From Alphaproteobacteria bacterium (GTDB lineage: Bacteria; Pseudomonadota; Alphaproteobacteria; SP197), in the NCBI GenBank assembly GCA_965228895.1, contig OZ245842.1, forward strand, positions 2,208,001 through 2,272,000: a DNA stretch of 64,000 bases, written 5' to 3'. Under the pieces are notes generated by a model. The model was not told where the DNA came from, searched no databases, and saw only the letters and a program-made list of their open reading frames with translations. Positions within the stretch are counted from its first letter, which is position 1. Each line of letters opens with the position of its first letter. This document shows positions 24,176-34,056 of this stretch, piece by piece. The position numbers and the translations under genes are program-made.

Positions 24176-25207
24176 TCAGCCGCTACCGGACGTGATCATG
24201 ACAAGGCGATCGAGACTGGCGCGCGCAGCGCCGCTGTCGATCGCATCGGCTGCGATGGCGACACCGTCGCGCAGCGTGCTGCTTTTGCCGGCGACAATCA
24301 GTGCCCCCGCCGCATTGAGCAGCACCGTATCCCGGTAGGCGCTCATCTTACCGTCCAGGAGGTCGCGCATCGCCGCTGCATTCTCTTCAGGTGTGCCGCC
24401 CTTGATCGCGTCCAGCGTGGCCTCGCCGAGGCCCGCGTCGCCGGGCGACACCTCCATCATTGTGACCTCACCATTTTCAAGCGAGGCGACCGTGTTGGCG
24501 CCGCCCAGGGTCAACTCGTCGCAGCCGTCGGCGCTGTGCACCACCCAGGCCCGTTCGGCGCCCAGGTCACCCAGGACCCGGGCCAGCGGCTCGACCCAAC
24601 GGCCATCGAAAACACCGATGAAAAACAGTTTAACTTCTGCTGGATTCGATAATGGTCCTAATAGGTTAAAGACGGTTCTTACACCCATTTCTACGCGCGC
24701 AGGCATGACGTGGCGCATGGCGCTGTGATGGCGCGAGGCAATCATGAAGCCGATGCCGGCCTCGTCGATGGCCTGTTGCACGACGTCGTAGTCGGCTTCC
24801 AGATCGACGCCGAGCACCGACAACACGTCCGCCGCGCCTGACTTCGATGAAGCCGCCCGGTTGCCGTGTTTGGCGACGGTCAGGCCGCAGCCGGCGACCA
24901 CCAAGGCGGTCGCGGTCGAGATGTTGAGCGTGTGCTTGGCATCGCCGCCGGTGCCGACGATGTCGATGGCGCCTTCCGGCGCTTTCATGCGGCGCATGTT
25001 GGCGCGCATGGCCTTGGCGCCGCCGGCGATCTCTTCGACGGTTTCGCCGCGCATGGCGAGCGCCATCAAGAACCCGCCGGTTTGGGCGTGGCTCGCTTCG
25101 CCGGCCATGATGATGGCAAACGCGCGGTCTGCCTCATCGGCCGACAGGGCCTGACCCGCGGCGACCTTGGCGATCAGCGGCTTGAGGTCCTGGGACGCCT
25201 CGCTCAT
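24176..25207 (-). CDS. trpD: Anthranilate phosphoribosyltransferase
   Basis: DIVGTGGD, NIST, KHGNR, RTVFNLLGPLSNP. Confidence 0.98.
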   Translation of the reverse strand: MSEASQDLKPLIAKVAAGQALSADEADRAFAIIMAGEASHAQTGGFLMALAMRGETVEEIAGGAKAMRANMRRMKAPEGAIDIVGTGGDAKHTLNISTATALVVAGCGLTVAKHGNRAASSKSGAADVLSVLGVDLEADYDVVQQAIDEAGIGFMIASRHHSAMRHVMPARVEMGVRTVFNLLGPLSNPAEVKLFFIGVFDGRWVEPLARVLGDLGAERAWVVHSADGCDELTLGGANTVASLENGEVTMMEVSPGDAGLGEATLDAIKGGTPEENAAAMRDLLDGKMSAYRDTVLLNAAGALIVAGKSSTLRDGVAIAADAIDSGAARASLDRLVMITSGSG

Positions 25208-25791
25208 GCGGCCTTGGCCTTCTTGGGCAGCATATCCAGGAAGTTCTTCAGGATTGCATGGCCATGCTCGGATTCGATGCTTTCGGGATGGAACTGAACG
25301 CCGTGCAGCGCCAGGGTTTTATGGCGAATGCCCATGATCACGCCGTCAGCCGTTTTGGCGGTCACTTCCAGGCAGTCGGGGATCGAGTCCGGTGCGATGG
25401 TGAGCGAGTGATAGCGGGTTGCCCTCAGCGGTGAGGGCAGGCCGGCGAACACGCCCCTGGCGTCATGCTCGATATCCGACAGTTTGCCGTGCATGGGCGC
25501 CGGTGCTCGCTCAATACGTCCGCCAAACACCTGCCCGATCGCCTGGTGGCCCAGGCACACGCCAAAAATCGGCGTTTCTCCGCCGATCCGTTCGATCATC
25601 TCGAGGCAGATTCCCGCGCGATCAGGGTCGCAAGGGCCGGGCGAAATCACGATGGCTTCCGGCGCCATGGCGACGACGTCGTCAACGCTAACCTGATCGT
25701 TGCGGTGGACGACAACATCGGCACCCAGCTCGCCCAGATAGTGCCAGAGATTATAGGTAAAGCTGTCGTAGTTATCGATCAGCAGCAACAT
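25204..25791 (-). CDS. trpG: Anthranilate synthase component II (glutamine amidotransferase)
   Basis: IDNYDSFTYNL, SPGP, GVCLGHQ, QFHPES. Confidence 0.97.
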   Translation of the reverse strand: MLLLIDNYDSFTYNLWHYLGELGADVVVHRNDQVSVDDVVAMAPEAIVISPGPCDPDRAGICLEMIERIGGETPIFGVCLGHQAIGQVFGGRIERAPAPMHGKLSDIEHDARGVFAGLPSPLRATRYHSLTIAPDSIPDCLEVTAKTADGVIMGIRHKTLALHGVQFHPESIESEHGHAILKNFLDMLPKKAKAA

Positions 25792-25919
25792 GATGTGTTC
25801 CCTTGTTTTCCGGTATGCCTCCGGGCTGGCGCAGCATAACCAAGGCGTCCACAGGGAACAACAGCACCCACTACATAGTGGGTTGAAAAAACGCCGACAC
25901 TCCAGGACTATGATTTTCC

Positions 25920-27539
25920 GTGGGGATCAGGCAAACGCAGCGCGCACCACGCCAAGTCAAACCGGCACCGCGACGCGGCCGGTTGTGGCTGTCTGAGGCA
26001 ACGATTGCGTTCGTGGCCCCGGCGCTGCTGGGTGCTGCCGTCGGGTTCTTTACGGCCAGCGAAATGGTCAGCAATGCACCGGTTATCGCGCCGGCGATCT
26101 GGCAGGTTGCCGAGCGCGACATGCCCTTGTCGGCTGTTCCTGAGACAATCGAGGTCGCGACCCTGCCGCCGCTTTATGTTGTCGATCACCAACCCATTGA
26201 AGTCGCCCAAGCGGTCATCCCGGTCGATCCCGACTTCGATGACGGCTTTGATGTCACCGTTGATCCGCCTTCGTTGGTTGTCGCCGTGGACGCTGGGGAG
26301 TCGGCGACACAGATCGCCATGGCCGGGCCGGCGCATAGACCGCACGACCTCGACCACCGGTCTTTGTTAAGCGCGGTAATCCCGGCCGCCGGCGCTGCGC
26401 ACGCTTCACACGATGTCGCGGGTAGCTCGTGGTATGCGTCGTCTCTGCCGGTTCCCGGTGCGGCTCGTTCACCGCACGATATTGCGTTCGCTGCATGGAC
26501 GGAGGTGGACGGGCGGGCGCAGCTTCACAGCGATCTCGATGGCGCGCCGCTTATGGCCGTGAACGGGCGCGTGGCCGTGGCACAGAACGACGCGCTCACC
26601 ACCTTGCCGCTGCAGGAGCGGCGCCACGCCGACATGAAGGCCTGGTCCATGGTGCTCAGCCTGCCGCAGCCACCGCTGCCCGACGTTGCGCCGGGCCCGC
26701 CGGTTGTGGTGTCGGAGACTGGTCCCGACCTGATCGACGAGACTTTCGCCACGTCGAGCCTGGGACCGCTCGATCTGATACCCGAAACGGAATCTGAGGC
26801 GGACGAGCCTGTCTCCGGCTTGGCGCCGGCCATTGCCATCGTGATCGATGATTTGGGCCTCAACCGCCGCCAAACCGCTGCGGCCTCGGAACTGCCCGGC
26901 CCGCTCACCATGGCGTTCATTGCCTATGCCGACGATCTCGCGCTCCAGACGGCGACCGCGCGCGCGTTCGGGCACGAGATCTTTCTACATCTGCCCATGG
27001 AACCGATCGATGCCGACGAAAACCCTGGCCCGAACGCGCTTTTGGCTAGCCTGTCGGATGCCGAGCTTCGCGCCCGGTTGGTCGAAAACCTCGACCGTTT
27101 CACCGGCTATGTCGGCGTCAACAATCACATGGGCAGCAGGTTGACCCAGGACGGTGGCGCCATGGCTGTCGTCATGGCCGAACTCAAGCACCGCGACCTG
27201 ATGTTCCTCGATTCCGTCACCATCGGGCGCTCTTTGGCGCATCGCACGGCGGTGACCTTCGGTGTGCCGTCCGCGCAGCGCGACGTCTTTCTCGACAACG
27301 TGCCTGACGTCGCGTCGATCATGCGTCAGCTCGCTGCGCTCGAGGCCGTGGCGAACCAGCGCGGCTACGCCATCGCCATCGGCCATCCCCACCCGGCGAC
27401 CGTTGCCGCGTTGGCCCAATGGCTACCGGATGTGGTGGCGCGAGGCTTCCGCCTTGTGCCGGCGAGCGAAATCATCATGCGCGGCGATATCATCCTCGCC
27501 CAGCACGGTGGCGCCAATCTCAACAGCGAAAATCGTTAG
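25920..27539 (+). CDS. Divergent polysaccharide deacetylase family protein (YibQ-like) with N-terminal membrane anchor and long linker; start uncertain
   Basis: C-terminal IAIVIDDLG, LHLPMEP, GVNNHMGS, RDVFLDN, AIGHP. Confidence 0.88.
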   Translation: MGIRQTQRAPRQVKPAPRRGRLWLSEATIAFVAPALLGAAVGFFTASEMVSNAPVIAPAIWQVAERDMPLSAVPETIEVATLPPLYVVDHQPIEVAQAVIPVDPDFDDGFDVTVDPPSLVVAVDAGESATQIAMAGPAHRPHDLDHRSLLSAVIPAAGAAHASHDVAGSSWYASSLPVPGAARSPHDIAFAAWTEVDGRAQLHSDLDGAPLMAVNGRVAVAQNDALTTLPLQERRHADMKAWSMVLSLPQPPLPDVAPGPPVVVSETGPDLIDETFATSSLGPLDLIPETESEADEPVSGLAPAIAIVIDDLGLNRRQTAAASELPGPLTMAFIAYADDLALQTATARAFGHEIFLHLPMEPIDADENPGPNALLASLSDAELRARLVENLDRFTGYVGVNNHMGSRLTQDGGAMAVVMAELKHRDLMFLDSVTIGRSLAHRTAVTFGVPSAQRDVFLDNVPDVASIMRQLAALEAVANQRGYAIAIGHPHPATVAALAQWLPDVVARGFRLVPASEIIMRGDIILAQHGGANLNSENR

Positions 27540-29047
27540 GTGTTGCCGCCGCGTCCGGCAAAGGTGACGGCTTCCTCGGCCGCGCGCAGCAGGGCCCGGG
27601 CCTTGTTGCGGCATTCCTGGTGTTCGGATTCCGGTACGCTGTCGGCGACCACCCCGGCGCCGGCCTGGACATGCAGCACGCCGTCCTTGATGACGGCGGT
27701 TCTAAGCGCAATGCACGTGTCCATCGCGCCATCGGCGGCGAAGTAACCGATCGCGCCGCCGTAGACACCGCGGCGGTCGGTTTCCAGTTCGTCGATGATT
27801 TCCATCGCCCGCACCTTCGGTGCGCCGCTCACGGTGCCGGCCGGGAAACCGGCGACAAGCGCATCGATGGCGTCATAGTCGGGGTTCAGGTCGCCCTCGA
27901 CGTTCGAGCTGATGTGCATGACGTGACTGTAGTACTCGATCTCGAACCGCTCGGTGACACGCACCGAGCCGGTCTTGGCAACCCGTCCGACATCGTTGCG
28001 GCCCAGATCAAGTAGCATCAGGTGTTCGGCGCACTCCTTGGGGTCGTCCAACAGCTCGGTCGCCAGGGCATCGTCCTCAGCCCGGTCGGCGCCGCGCTTG
28101 CGGGTGCCGGCAAGCGGGCGAATGGTCACCTTGTCGTCGCGCACGCGCACAAGGATCTCGGGGCTGGAACCGACGACCGCGAAGTCGCCGAACTCCAGAT
28201 AGAATAGAAAAGGCGACGGGTTCACCCGGCGCAGTGCACGGTAGTAAGAGAGCGGCGGCAGGCTAAACGGCAGATCGAAACGCTGGGACAGCACGATCTG
28301 GAACGCGTCGCCGGCGTTGATGTAATCCTTGGCCGCGTCGACAATTTCCAGAAAACGCTCGTGGCTGGTGTTTGATCGGGCTTCGCCCAGATCGTCGGGC
28401 AGATTGCTGTCCCGGCCGTGGGGCAGGGCGCGCTCGAAGTCGGCGACGATATCGGCCAGCCGCTCGCAGGCCCGGCCATAGGCCGCCCGCGCGTTGACGC
28501 CGGCTTCCGGCCACACCGGCGTTACGACGGTGACCTCATCGGCCACGTTATCGAAGATCGCCATAATGGTCGGGCGCAGCAGCAGACCATCCGGTACGTC
28601 GATGGCGCGCTCCTTGTCGGTGGGCAGCCGCTCCATCAGCCGCACCATCTCGTAGCCGACATAACCCACCAGGGCGGCGGCCATGGGCGGCAACTCGTCC
28701 GGCAGGTCGATATGGCACTCGCGCACCAGACTTTTCAGCGACGCAATCGCGCCGTCGTCTTCAGCCACGAACGCGTCGGTGTCGAACCGGGCGCGGCGAT
28801 TGATCTCGGCAAGATTATCCCGGCAGCGCCAGACCAGATCGGGTTTCAACCCGATGATCGAATAACGTCCGCGCGTCGCGCCGCCCTCGACCGACTCCAG
28901 CAAGAAGCTGTTCGGCTGGCCGTCGGCCAGTTTCAGCATGGCCGAGACGGGCGTTTCCAGGTCGGCGACCAGCTTGGTCCAAACGACCTGCGGCTTATCG
29001 TTCTGGTATGGGCCGCTGAACCGGTCGATATCGGGTAAGACGTTCAT
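27536..29047 (-). CDS. trpE: Anthranilate synthase component I
   Basis: LLESVEGG, SSPEILV, AEHLMLLDLGRND, PAGTVSGAPK. Confidence 0.98.
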   Translation of the reverse strand: MNVLPDIDRFSGPYQNDKPQVVWTKLVADLETPVSAMLKLADGQPNSFLLESVEGGATRGRYSIIGLKPDLVWRCRDNLAEINRRARFDTDAFVAEDDGAIASLKSLVRECHIDLPDELPPMAAALVGYVGYEMVRLMERLPTDKERAIDVPDGLLLRPTIMAIFDNVADEVTVVTPVWPEAGVNARAAYGRACERLADIVADFERALPHGRDSNLPDDLGEARSNTSHERFLEIVDAAKDYINAGDAFQIVLSQRFDLPFSLPPLSYYRALRRVNPSPFLFYLEFGDFAVVGSSPEILVRVRDDKVTIRPLAGTRKRGADRAEDDALATELLDDPKECAEHLMLLDLGRNDVGRVAKTGSVRVTERFEIEYYSHVMHISSNVEGDLNPDYDAIDALVAGFPAGTVSGAPKVRAMEIIDELETDRRGVYGGAIGYFAADGAMDTCIALRTAVIKDGVLHVQAGAGVVADSVPESEHQECRNKARALLRAAEEAVTFAGRGGNT

Positions 29048-29054
29048 GAAGAAC

Positions 29055-30938
29055 CTAGAATCGCTGAGAGATCAGCTCGCGGTTGATGTTGACCTCATAA
29101 GCCTGACGCAGGTAGGCGATGTGCTGATCGGCGATTGCCTGCCGCGTGCCGCCGGCGACCGAGCCGTTCATGGCCTGGAACTGGTCGGGATCGCTCTCGG
29201 GATTAACCGCCTCAACCGTCTTCAGGCGCGCGATGACCTGGGCGTCGCCGCGCTCGCTTGGCCTGACGACGATGTCGCCTGGCGCGGCATCGAACAGGGC
29301 GGCGACGATGGAAAGGTCGGCACCTGCGGTCAGCGGCAAGGTGCTGCGGGTCAGCGTCTCCTCGCCCAGCGCCAGGAAACCGGAGAAGGCGGGCACGTCG
29401 CCGAGCGGAATGTCGCTGGCGAGTGTTTGGGCGATATCTTCGGCCGCCAGGGTGGCATTCAACGACAGTTGATCGCTGCGCCAGTCCTCGAGAACCTGCG
29501 CCTCGACTTCGGCGAAATCGCGCATCCGAGCAGCCGAAACTTCCGACACTTCGACAGACAGCAAAGCGCCTGAATCGGTCTCGATAACCGGAGAAGGTTC
29601 GTTGGGGAAGGCAAGGAAGAGCTCTTCCAGAAACTCCGGGTCCGAGGGGATGATATGGAAACTCATCGGGTCGGCCGTATTGCCGAACTGGTCAACCTGG
29701 TTGATCGTGCGCACTTCCAGACCCATGGTCGCAGCGGCCTGGCGCAACGTGTCGCCGGCAATCAGCAGGTCATCGAGGTCGTTGATCAGGTCGAACAGGC
29801 TATCGGTCGCGCGCTCGATCGCGACGAGCCTTTCCAGTTCCTCGCGCGCTTCGTCAAAGCTCTGTGTGCTGCCGGGTTCGATCTCGGTCACCCGGAAGAT
29901 CTGCCAACCACCGAAAGGCGATGCGACGGGCTCGCTGAAGGCGTTGAGATCAAGGGCGAAGATCGGTTCTGAAATCTCACCGAACAGCTCGTTGGGACCG
30001 AAGTTGCCGAGTTCGGTTGCGTCGGGCGTCTGACCCGCGTCGACCGCCACCGTCTCGAAATCGGCGGCGGTGTTCAGTTGATCATAGGCCGCGCGTGCCG
30101 CCTCCTCGCTGTCGAAACTGATCTGCTGCACGGTCCGGCGTTCCGGCGTTACCCAGCGGTTGAGCGACGCATCGTATTCGTCGCGCAGAATTTCTTCGTC
30201 GATCAGGATGTCGGCGGCAAGATCCTCGGCACGGACCAGGATGTAGTCCGCGGTTCGATATTCCGGTGCCCGGTAGTCGTCGACACGGGCCTCGAAATAG
30301 CGCTCCAACTCACCGGGCTCAGGCACGGCGTCATCGGCCAGCTCGTCGTTCGACACGACCAGAATTTCGGCCGTGCGCTGTTCGTACCGATACTTGTAGA
30401 GCGCCTGGACCATGGTATCGGGCAAGGGTGGTGCGGCCCGGAAGCTGTCGGTCAACTGGGCGCTCGTCAACTGGTTGGTCAAATTGCCGACATACATCTG
30501 CTCTGAGACGCCGATATTGGCCAGAACCATCGGAAAGAGGCCGGGATCGAACTGGCCCGCTTGGTTGTGGAAAGCGGGATTTGCCGCGATTGCGTCGGCC
30601 ACGGTCTCTTGATTGATGGTGATCCCCTGGGCCGCGGCCTCCTGGTCGAACAACGCGCGGTCGATCAACTGGTTGAGAACGACATCAAGCAGAACATCGG
30701 CCAGCTCGCTACCCGGTTCGACGGCGACGCCGGATTGGGCGAGCGTGGCGGTCTCTCTGCTGTAGGCCAGGGCCAATTGCTCATAACTGATCGAGATCGA
30801 GCCGGCGTCGGCCGCCGTTGTCGCGCTGTCGCCTCGAAATACGTCGCCGATACCCCAGACCACGAAGCTCAGGGCGATGATGGTCAGGAAGATTTTGGCG
30901 ACCCAGCTTCCGGCGCCTTTGCGCATCTTCATCAGCAT
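29055..30938 (-). CDS. ppiD: PpiD-like periplasmic chaperone (SurA N-terminal and rotamase domains)
   Basis: N-terminal anchor IIALSFVVWGIGD, rotamase-like segment SEPVASPFGGWQIF; located between trpE and tpiA. Confidence 0.85.
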   Translation of the reverse strand: MLMKMRKGAGSWVAKIFLTIIALSFVVWGIGDVFRGDSATTAADAGSISISYEQLALAYSRETATLAQSGVAVEPGSELADVLLDVVLNQLIDRALFDQEAAAQGITINQETVADAIAANPAFHNQAGQFDPGLFPMVLANIGVSEQMYVGNLTNQLTSAQLTDSFRAAPPLPDTMVQALYKYRYEQRTAEILVVSNDELADDAVPEPGELERYFEARVDDYRAPEYRTADYILVRAEDLAADILIDEEILRDEYDASLNRWVTPERRTVQQISFDSEEAARAAYDQLNTAADFETVAVDAGQTPDATELGNFGPNELFGEISEPIFALDLNAFSEPVASPFGGWQIFRVTEIEPGSTQSFDEAREELERLVAIERATDSLFDLINDLDDLLIAGDTLRQAAATMGLEVRTINQVDQFGNTADPMSFHIIPSDPEFLEELFLAFPNEPSPVIETDSGALLSVEVSEVSAARMRDFAEVEAQVLEDWRSDQLSLNATLAAEDIAQTLASDIPLGDVPAFSGFLALGEETLTRSTLPLTAGADLSIVAALFDAAPGDIVVRPSERGDAQVIARLKTVEAVNPESDPDQFQAMNGSVAGGTRQAIADQHIAYLRQAYEVNINRELISQRF

Positions 30939-31101
30939 GGTGGAGCCGATCCGTCGTTGTTGTTGGGTCAGGCGAGAGGCGACGCATCTTAAGTGACAGC
31001 CGCCGGCAACGGCAAACGGCCATGCGGACCTCCGCGAAGGGTGCTTTTTCCTCTGTCGGCCCCGTGTTAGCAAGGCAAAATCTGTACATGCGGGGAGCAC
31101 C

Positions 31102-31857
31102 ATGAGACGTCACCTGGTTGCCGGGAACTGGAAAATGAACGGCCTGGTGGCCGATAGCGTGGCCCGTGTCGAGGAGCTCGCCAGTCTTGCCTCGCTGCAG
31201 CCGCCTGCCTGCGATGTGCTGATCTGCCCGCCCGCGACGCTGATTGTGCCGCTCAGGGGTTATGTCAGCGCTGGTGCCATGGCCCTGGGCGGCCAGAATT
31301 GCCATCACGAGGACAGCGGTGCCTTCACGGGCGATATCGCCGCGCTCATGCTGTCGGATATCGGCTGCAGTCACGTTATCGTGGGACATTCGGAGCGGCG
31401 CAGGGATCACGGCGAAACCAACGCGATGGTGGCAGCCAAGGTGGCTGCGGCCCACCGCGCGGGATTGCAGGCGATTGTCTGTGTCGGCGAGAACAAGACG
31501 GAGCGCGACGCCGGCCAGGCCGCCGACGTGGTCGCCCGGCAGGTGCGCGAGAGCCTGCCTAAGGGTGCCAGTGCCGGGGATACGGTGATTGCCTATGAGC
31601 CGGTTTGGGCTATCGGCACCGGCGACACGGCGACGCCCGGCGATGTCGAGGCGATCCACACCATGATCCGAGAGGTGCTGACTGAATTGGTCGGCGGTGA
31701 AGCGACCGGCATGAGGCTGCTCTACGGAGGTTCGGTCAAGCCCGACAATGCCGCGGAACTGCTGACTATCGACGACGTCGATGGCGCGCTTGTGGGCGGT
31801 GCCAGTTTGAAGCCAGCTGACTTCTGGGCCATTGCCCAGGCTTGCCCGCGGGCCTAA
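31102..31857 (+). CDS. tpiA: Triosephosphate isomerase
   Basis: AGNWKMN, GHSERR, AYEPVWAIGTG, YGGSV, LVGGASL. Confidence 0.99.
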   Translation: MRRHLVAGNWKMNGLVADSVARVEELASLASLQPPACDVLICPPATLIVPLRGYVSAGAMALGGQNCHHEDSGAFTGDIAALMLSDIGCSHVIVGHSERRRDHGETNAMVAAKVAAAHRAGLQAIVCVGENKTERDAGQAADVVARQVRESLPKGASAGDTVIAYEPVWAIGTGDTATPGDVEAIHTMIREVLTELVGGEATGMRLLYGGSVKPDNAAELLTIDDVDGALVGGASLKPADFWAIAQACPRA

Positions 31858-31979
31858 CTGGACCCACATAGAAGCTGGGCTTTCTGCGCTGGCATAGGCT
31901 TGGCAGCTATGCTAAACGCTGCCGCGCTGTGCCGGGCACAGCAATCCGGTCCCTTGTTTAACGAACAGGTCCAGTCGTC

Positions 31980-32330
31980 ATGGAGACGGTACTCGTCCTC
32001 CTGCATGTGTGTTTTGCCATTGCGATCGTTGCCTTGGTGCTGCTTCAGCGCAGCGAGGGCGGCGGTTTGGGTCTTGGCGGCGGTGGTGGTGGCGGCGGTG
32101 GCGCCGGTTCCATGGGCGGCCTTATGTCCTCGCGTGGCACGGCCAATCTTCTGACCCGCGCGACGGCGATCGTCGCGGCGTTGTTCTTCGCCACCAGCAT
32201 GGCGCTCAGCATCTGGGTCGCCAACACCAGCGGACCGAGATCGATTGTCGACGACATCCCCGCATCGACCGCGACAACGGCGCCGGCGGATGACGACACC
32301 GGTATGCCGAGCGTGCCCGTCGGCGAATGA
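31980..32330 (+). CDS. secG: Preprotein translocase subunit SecG
   Basis: VLLQRSEGGGLG, NLLTRATAI; two TM helices; follows tpiA. Confidence 0.95.
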   Translation: METVLVLLHVCFAIAIVALVLLQRSEGGGLGLGGGGGGGGGAGSMGGLMSSRGTANLLTRATAIVAALFFATSMALSIWVANTSGPRSIVDDIPASTATTAPADDDTGMPSVPVGE

Positions 32331-32425
32331 TTTCGCTGGGCGCCTCTAAATCATCCACACATCATAGTCGACTTGCCTCCGAAGGCCTCTTGGGCATCGG
32401 CATGCTTGTGGTAGGCTGATCGCCC

Positions 32426-34054
32426 ATGGCGCGGTACATATTTGTCACCGGCGGCGTGGTCTCTTCCCTTGGTAAGGGCCTGACAACGGCCGCATTAGGC
32501 GCGTTGCTGCAAGCACGGGGTTACCGTGTGCGGCTGCGCAAGTTCGATCCCTATTTGAATGTCGATCCCGGCACCATGAGCCCGTATCAGCATGGTGAGG
32601 TCTATGTGACCGACGATGGTGCGGAGACCGATCTGGACCTCGGCCATTACGAACGGTTCACCGGCGTGCCGGCGCGTCAGAGCGACACGGTGACCAGCGG
32701 CAAGGTCTATTCCGACGTCATCATGCACGAGCGACGCGGCGACTATCTTGGCGGTACGGTCCAGGTCATCCCCCACGTCACCGACGCCATCAAGGATTAC
32801 ATCGGCGCCCAGACCGATGACGCGGACTTCGTGCTGTGCGAGATCGGCGGCACCATCGGCGACATCGAAAGCCTGCCGTTTCTGGAAGCGATCCGGCAGT
32901 TGGCACAGGAGTTGCCGCATCGCCATGCGATCTTCATTCACCACACCCTGGTGCCGTATTTGAAGGCAGCCGGCGAGCTGAAAACCAAACCGACCCAGCA
33001 TTCGGTCAAGGAAATGCGCTCGATCGGTCTGCAGCCGGATATCCTGGTTTGCCGCAGCGAGCATCCGATTCCCGACAGCGAGCGGCGCAAGATCGCGCGC
33101 TTTTGCAACGTCGCGGTTTCCGCCGTTATTCCGGCGCTCGACGTCGACACGATCTATCAGGTGCCGATCAGTTATCACGATGCCGGTCTGGATCGTGAAG
33201 TGCTGCAGGCCTTCGGCATCACCGACCAGCGCGGACCCGACCTTTCGTCATGGCGCCGTATTGTCAGCGACGTCCGCCAACCGGACGGCGAGGTCTCGAT
33301 CGCCGTGGTCGGCAAGTACACCGGTTTGAAGGATGCCTATAAGTCGCTCTCCGAAGCCTTGACCCATGGCGGCATCGCCAACCGGGTCTCGGTCAAGCTG
33401 ACCTGGATCGATTCGGAGATTTTCGAACAGGAAGACGCGGTTAGCCGGCTGGATGATGTCGACGGCATTTTGGTGCCCGGCGGTTTCGGCGAACGCGGCG
33501 CGGAAGGCAAGATCGCCGCCGCGACTTTCGCGCGTCAGCACAAGGTACCGTATTTCGGCATTTGTTTCGGCATGCAGATGGCGGTGATCGAGGCCGCGCG
33601 CAGCCTGGTTGGTTTGCCGGGCGCATCATCGACGGAGTTCGGGCCGTGCGAAGATGCGGTTGTCGGCCTGCTGACCGAGTGGTCGCGCGGCAATACAGTC
33701 GAGCGCCGTGAGGCCGATGGCGATATGGGCGGCACCATGCGGTTGGGCGCCTATGACTGCGACCTTGTTGCTGACACAAAGGTTGCCGATATCTACGGCC
33801 AAGGCCACATCTCCGAACGTCACCGGCACCGCTACGAGGTCAACATCAACTACCGCGACCGCCTGGAAAAAGCCGGCATGGTGTTCTCCGGCCTGTCGCC
33901 CGACGGGGCGCTGCCGGAAATCATCGAACTTGCGGATCATCCCTGGTTTGTCGGTGTCCAATTCCACCCGGAACTGAAATCCAAGCCGTTTGAGCCGCAT
34001 CCGCTGTTTGCCTCGTTCATCCAGGCCGCGGTCGAGCAATCAAGGCTGGTTTGA
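32426..34054 (+). CDS. pyrG: CTP synthase
   Basis: [40 protein letters not shown]. Confidence 0.99.
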   Translation: MARYIFVTGGVVSSLGKGLTTAALGALLQARGYRVRLRKFDPYLNVDPGTMSPYQHGEVYVTDDGAETDLDLGHYERFTGVPARQSDTVTSGKVYSDVIMHERRGDYLGGTVQVIPHVTDAIKDYIGAQTDDADFVLCEIGGTIGDIESLPFLEAIRQLAQELPHRHAIFIHHTLVPYLKAAGELKTKPTQHSVKEMRSIGLQPDILVCRSEHPIPDSERRKIARFCNVAVSAVIPALDVDTIYQVPISYHDAGLDREVLQAFGITDQRGPDLSSWRRIVSDVRQPDGEVSIAVVGKYTGLKDAYKSLSEALTHGGIANRVSVKLTWIDSEIFEQEDAVSRLDDVDGILVPGGFGERGAEGKIAAATFARQHKVPYFGICFGMQMAVIEAARSLVGLPGASSTEFGPCEDAVVGLLTEWSRGNTVERREADGDMGGTMRLGAYDCDLVADTKVADIYGQGHISERHRHRYEVNINYRDRLEKAGMVFSGLSPDGALPEIIELADHPWFVGVQFHPELKSKPFEPHPLFASFIQAAVEQSRLV

Positions 34055-34056
34055 TC

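Noticed and set aside
25920-27539. Deacetylase gene splitting trpE from trpGDC as a novel insertion
   Set aside because: A yibQ-like gene between trpE and trpG is, to my knowledge, already described in other Alphaproteobacteria such as Rhodobacter; only the linker repeats are reported.
32075-32103. GGC/GGT run encoding poly-Gly in secG
   Set aside because: Gly-rich loop is normal for SecG; impure triplet run, not a phase-variable tract.
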